A stretch of 32,310 nt of DNA from Corallococcus aberystwythensis (GTDB lineage Bacteria > Myxococcota > Myxococcia > Myxococcales > Myxococcaceae): positions 1-32,310 of the forward strand of contig NZ_RAWK01000089.1 of NCBI RefSeq assembly GCF_003612165.1, given 5' to 3'. Below, one piece after another: positions 31,390 to 32,310 of this stretch (position 1 is its first letter; every line of letters starts with the position of its first letter). Both the position numbers and the translations under genes were made by a program. Below the pieces are notes generated by a model. It was not told where the DNA came from and did no database searches. It saw only the letters and a list, made by a program, of their open reading frames with translations.

Positions 31390-32271
31390 TCAGGGCACCG
31401 GCGCGGCGGCGGTCTCCAGCGGCGCGCGGATGCGGGCGGAGAAGTCGTCCCGCCCCTGCGCCGCCAGGGCCCGCGCGTTGATGTGGTAGCGCTGGCGGAC
31501 CTGCGCCAGCGGCACGTCCGTGTCGATGATGCCCAGCGCGTAGGCCAGCTCGTCCGCGAACGCCGGCAACAGCGTGCGGTGGTCGTACGGCACGTCCTTC
31601 GTGGCCACCTTCTCGAAGTGGCGCACCAGGTTGGTGGTGCAGTTGCTGGTGAGCGTGTCGTAGAACTCCGGCTGCGTGTGCAGCCCGTTCATCCGCTGCA
31701 CCATGTCCATGAAGAACGCGGTGATGCGCTCCTTCGACGCCGTCACCGGATACACATAAACGTCGTCATGCCGGAAGTTGGACCGCAGCTGCACCAGGTC
31801 CCGCTCGTCGCCCACGACGTAGGTGATTTCGAAGCGGCGGAACAGCCCGCCCAGCGCGGAGAACGTCTCGCCCTTCTCGCGCCGCACCTCCACGGAGAAC
31901 ACCACGTGGCGGCCGTCCTGGAAGCCGAAGCTCACCATCGTGTGCGCGGCGCCGTAGACCCCGGAGAAGGGCTCCACGATGAACGATGCGCCCGTGAGCG
32001 CGTCCGTGTCGTAGGTGGCCGTGTACCAGGCCGGGTCCCAGTCCGTGGTGCTGCGGTAGCGGAAGTCACGCACCTCGTGCAGCGTCACCTTCGAACCGGC
32101 CACCTCCGCCCACGGCGCCCGCAGCAGGTCCGGTGCCCAGTCCCGCGTGTTGGAGGCCTGGAACGTCCGCACCCAGCCGTACACGGACACGCAGCCCAGC
32201 AGCATCACCGCCACGCTCCAGCGCCGCGAACGCCACCGCCACGCGGCCACCGCCAGGGCCGCCAGGCCCAC
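31390..32271 (-). CDS. DUF4105 (Lnb N-terminal periplasmic domain) family protein, 5' end possibly beyond the window
   Basis: TM segment ARALIAVGLAALAVAAWRW. Motifs typical of DUF4105 (VTLHEVRDFRY, LTSNCTTNLVRH). The track start is a GTG at 32271. The reading frame stays open for 13 more codons to the window edge with no ATG, so the true start may lie upstream outside the window. Confidence 0.7.
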   Translation of the reverse strand: MGLAALAVAAWRWRSRRWSVAVMLLGCVSVYGWVRTFQASNTRDWAPDLLRAPWAEVAGSKVTLHEVRDFRYRSTTDWDPAWYTATYDTDALTGASFIVEPFSGVYGAAHTMVSFGFQDGRHVVFSVEVRREKGETFSALGGLFRRFEITYVVGDERDLVQLRSNFRHDDVYVYPVTASKERITAFFMDMVQRMNGLHTQPEFYDTLTSNCTTNLVRHFEKVATKDVPYDHRTLLPAFADELAYALGIIDTDVPLAQVRQRYHINARALAAQGRDDFSARIRAPLETAAAPVP

Positions 32272-32310
32272 CGCGATGAGCGCCCGGGCCCCGTGCGCCC
32301 CCTCCGGTCC

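Noticed and set aside
1-32310. Search for CRISPR arrays, tRNA/rRNA genes, transposases/IS elements, integrases
   Set aside because: I saw no regularly spaced direct repeats, no tRNA-like cloverleaf candidates, and no ORF with a transposase or integrase signature. The only mobile-like signal is the compositional anomaly of the toxin/immunity pair.

Overview
This 32.3-kb window is very GC-rich (about 70% by eye) and densely coding. It looks like a Myxococcales (Myxococcus/Corallococcus-like) chromosome segment, because it carries a MYXO-CTERM sorting tail, a prolyl endopeptidase and many lipoproteins. I found about 30 genes on both strands and no rRNA, tRNA, CRISPR array or transposase.

Housekeeping and secreted enzymes:
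- M1 aminopeptidase N-like protein
- SDR oxidoreductase, LysR regulator and a long phenylalanine-4-hydroxylase
- PBP4-type D-Ala-D-Ala carboxypeptidase and prolyl oligopeptidase
- DSD1/alanine-racemase-like PLP enzyme
- SGNH/GDSL hydrolase, a beta-helix protein and a YdeI/OmdA protein
- a partial DUF4105 protein at the window edge

More unusual content:
1. A clear homolog of the eukaryotic major vault protein (MVP) lies directly upstream, on the same strand, of a translationally coupled lipoprotein plus MYXO-CTERM zinc-metalloprotease pair. It is divergent from a Cys-rich lipoprotein, and two copies of a GTTCC-N5-GGAAC palindrome sit in the shared promoter region.
2. A lipoprotein with a C-terminal PD-(D/E)xK nuclease-like domain overlaps the next gene by ATGA. 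Both show low GC, so this looks like a polymorphic toxin-immunity module.
3. A standalone protein fuses a macro (ADP-ribose-binding-like) domain to a nucleoside 2-deoxyribosyltransferase-like (TIR/NDT-fold) domain. It is divergent from a tandem cNMP-binding protein whose upstream region holds a perfect CRP-type TGTGA-N6-TCACA site.
4. A LysM + lysozyme-like + C39-like cysteine-peptidase multidomain protein lacks a signal peptide.
5. A lipoprotein carries three ChW repeats.
6. An rdgC homolog is split over two frames.
7. There are several strong inverted repeats and terminator-like hairpins.

All domain calls come from reading the translated ORFs. No database search was run.
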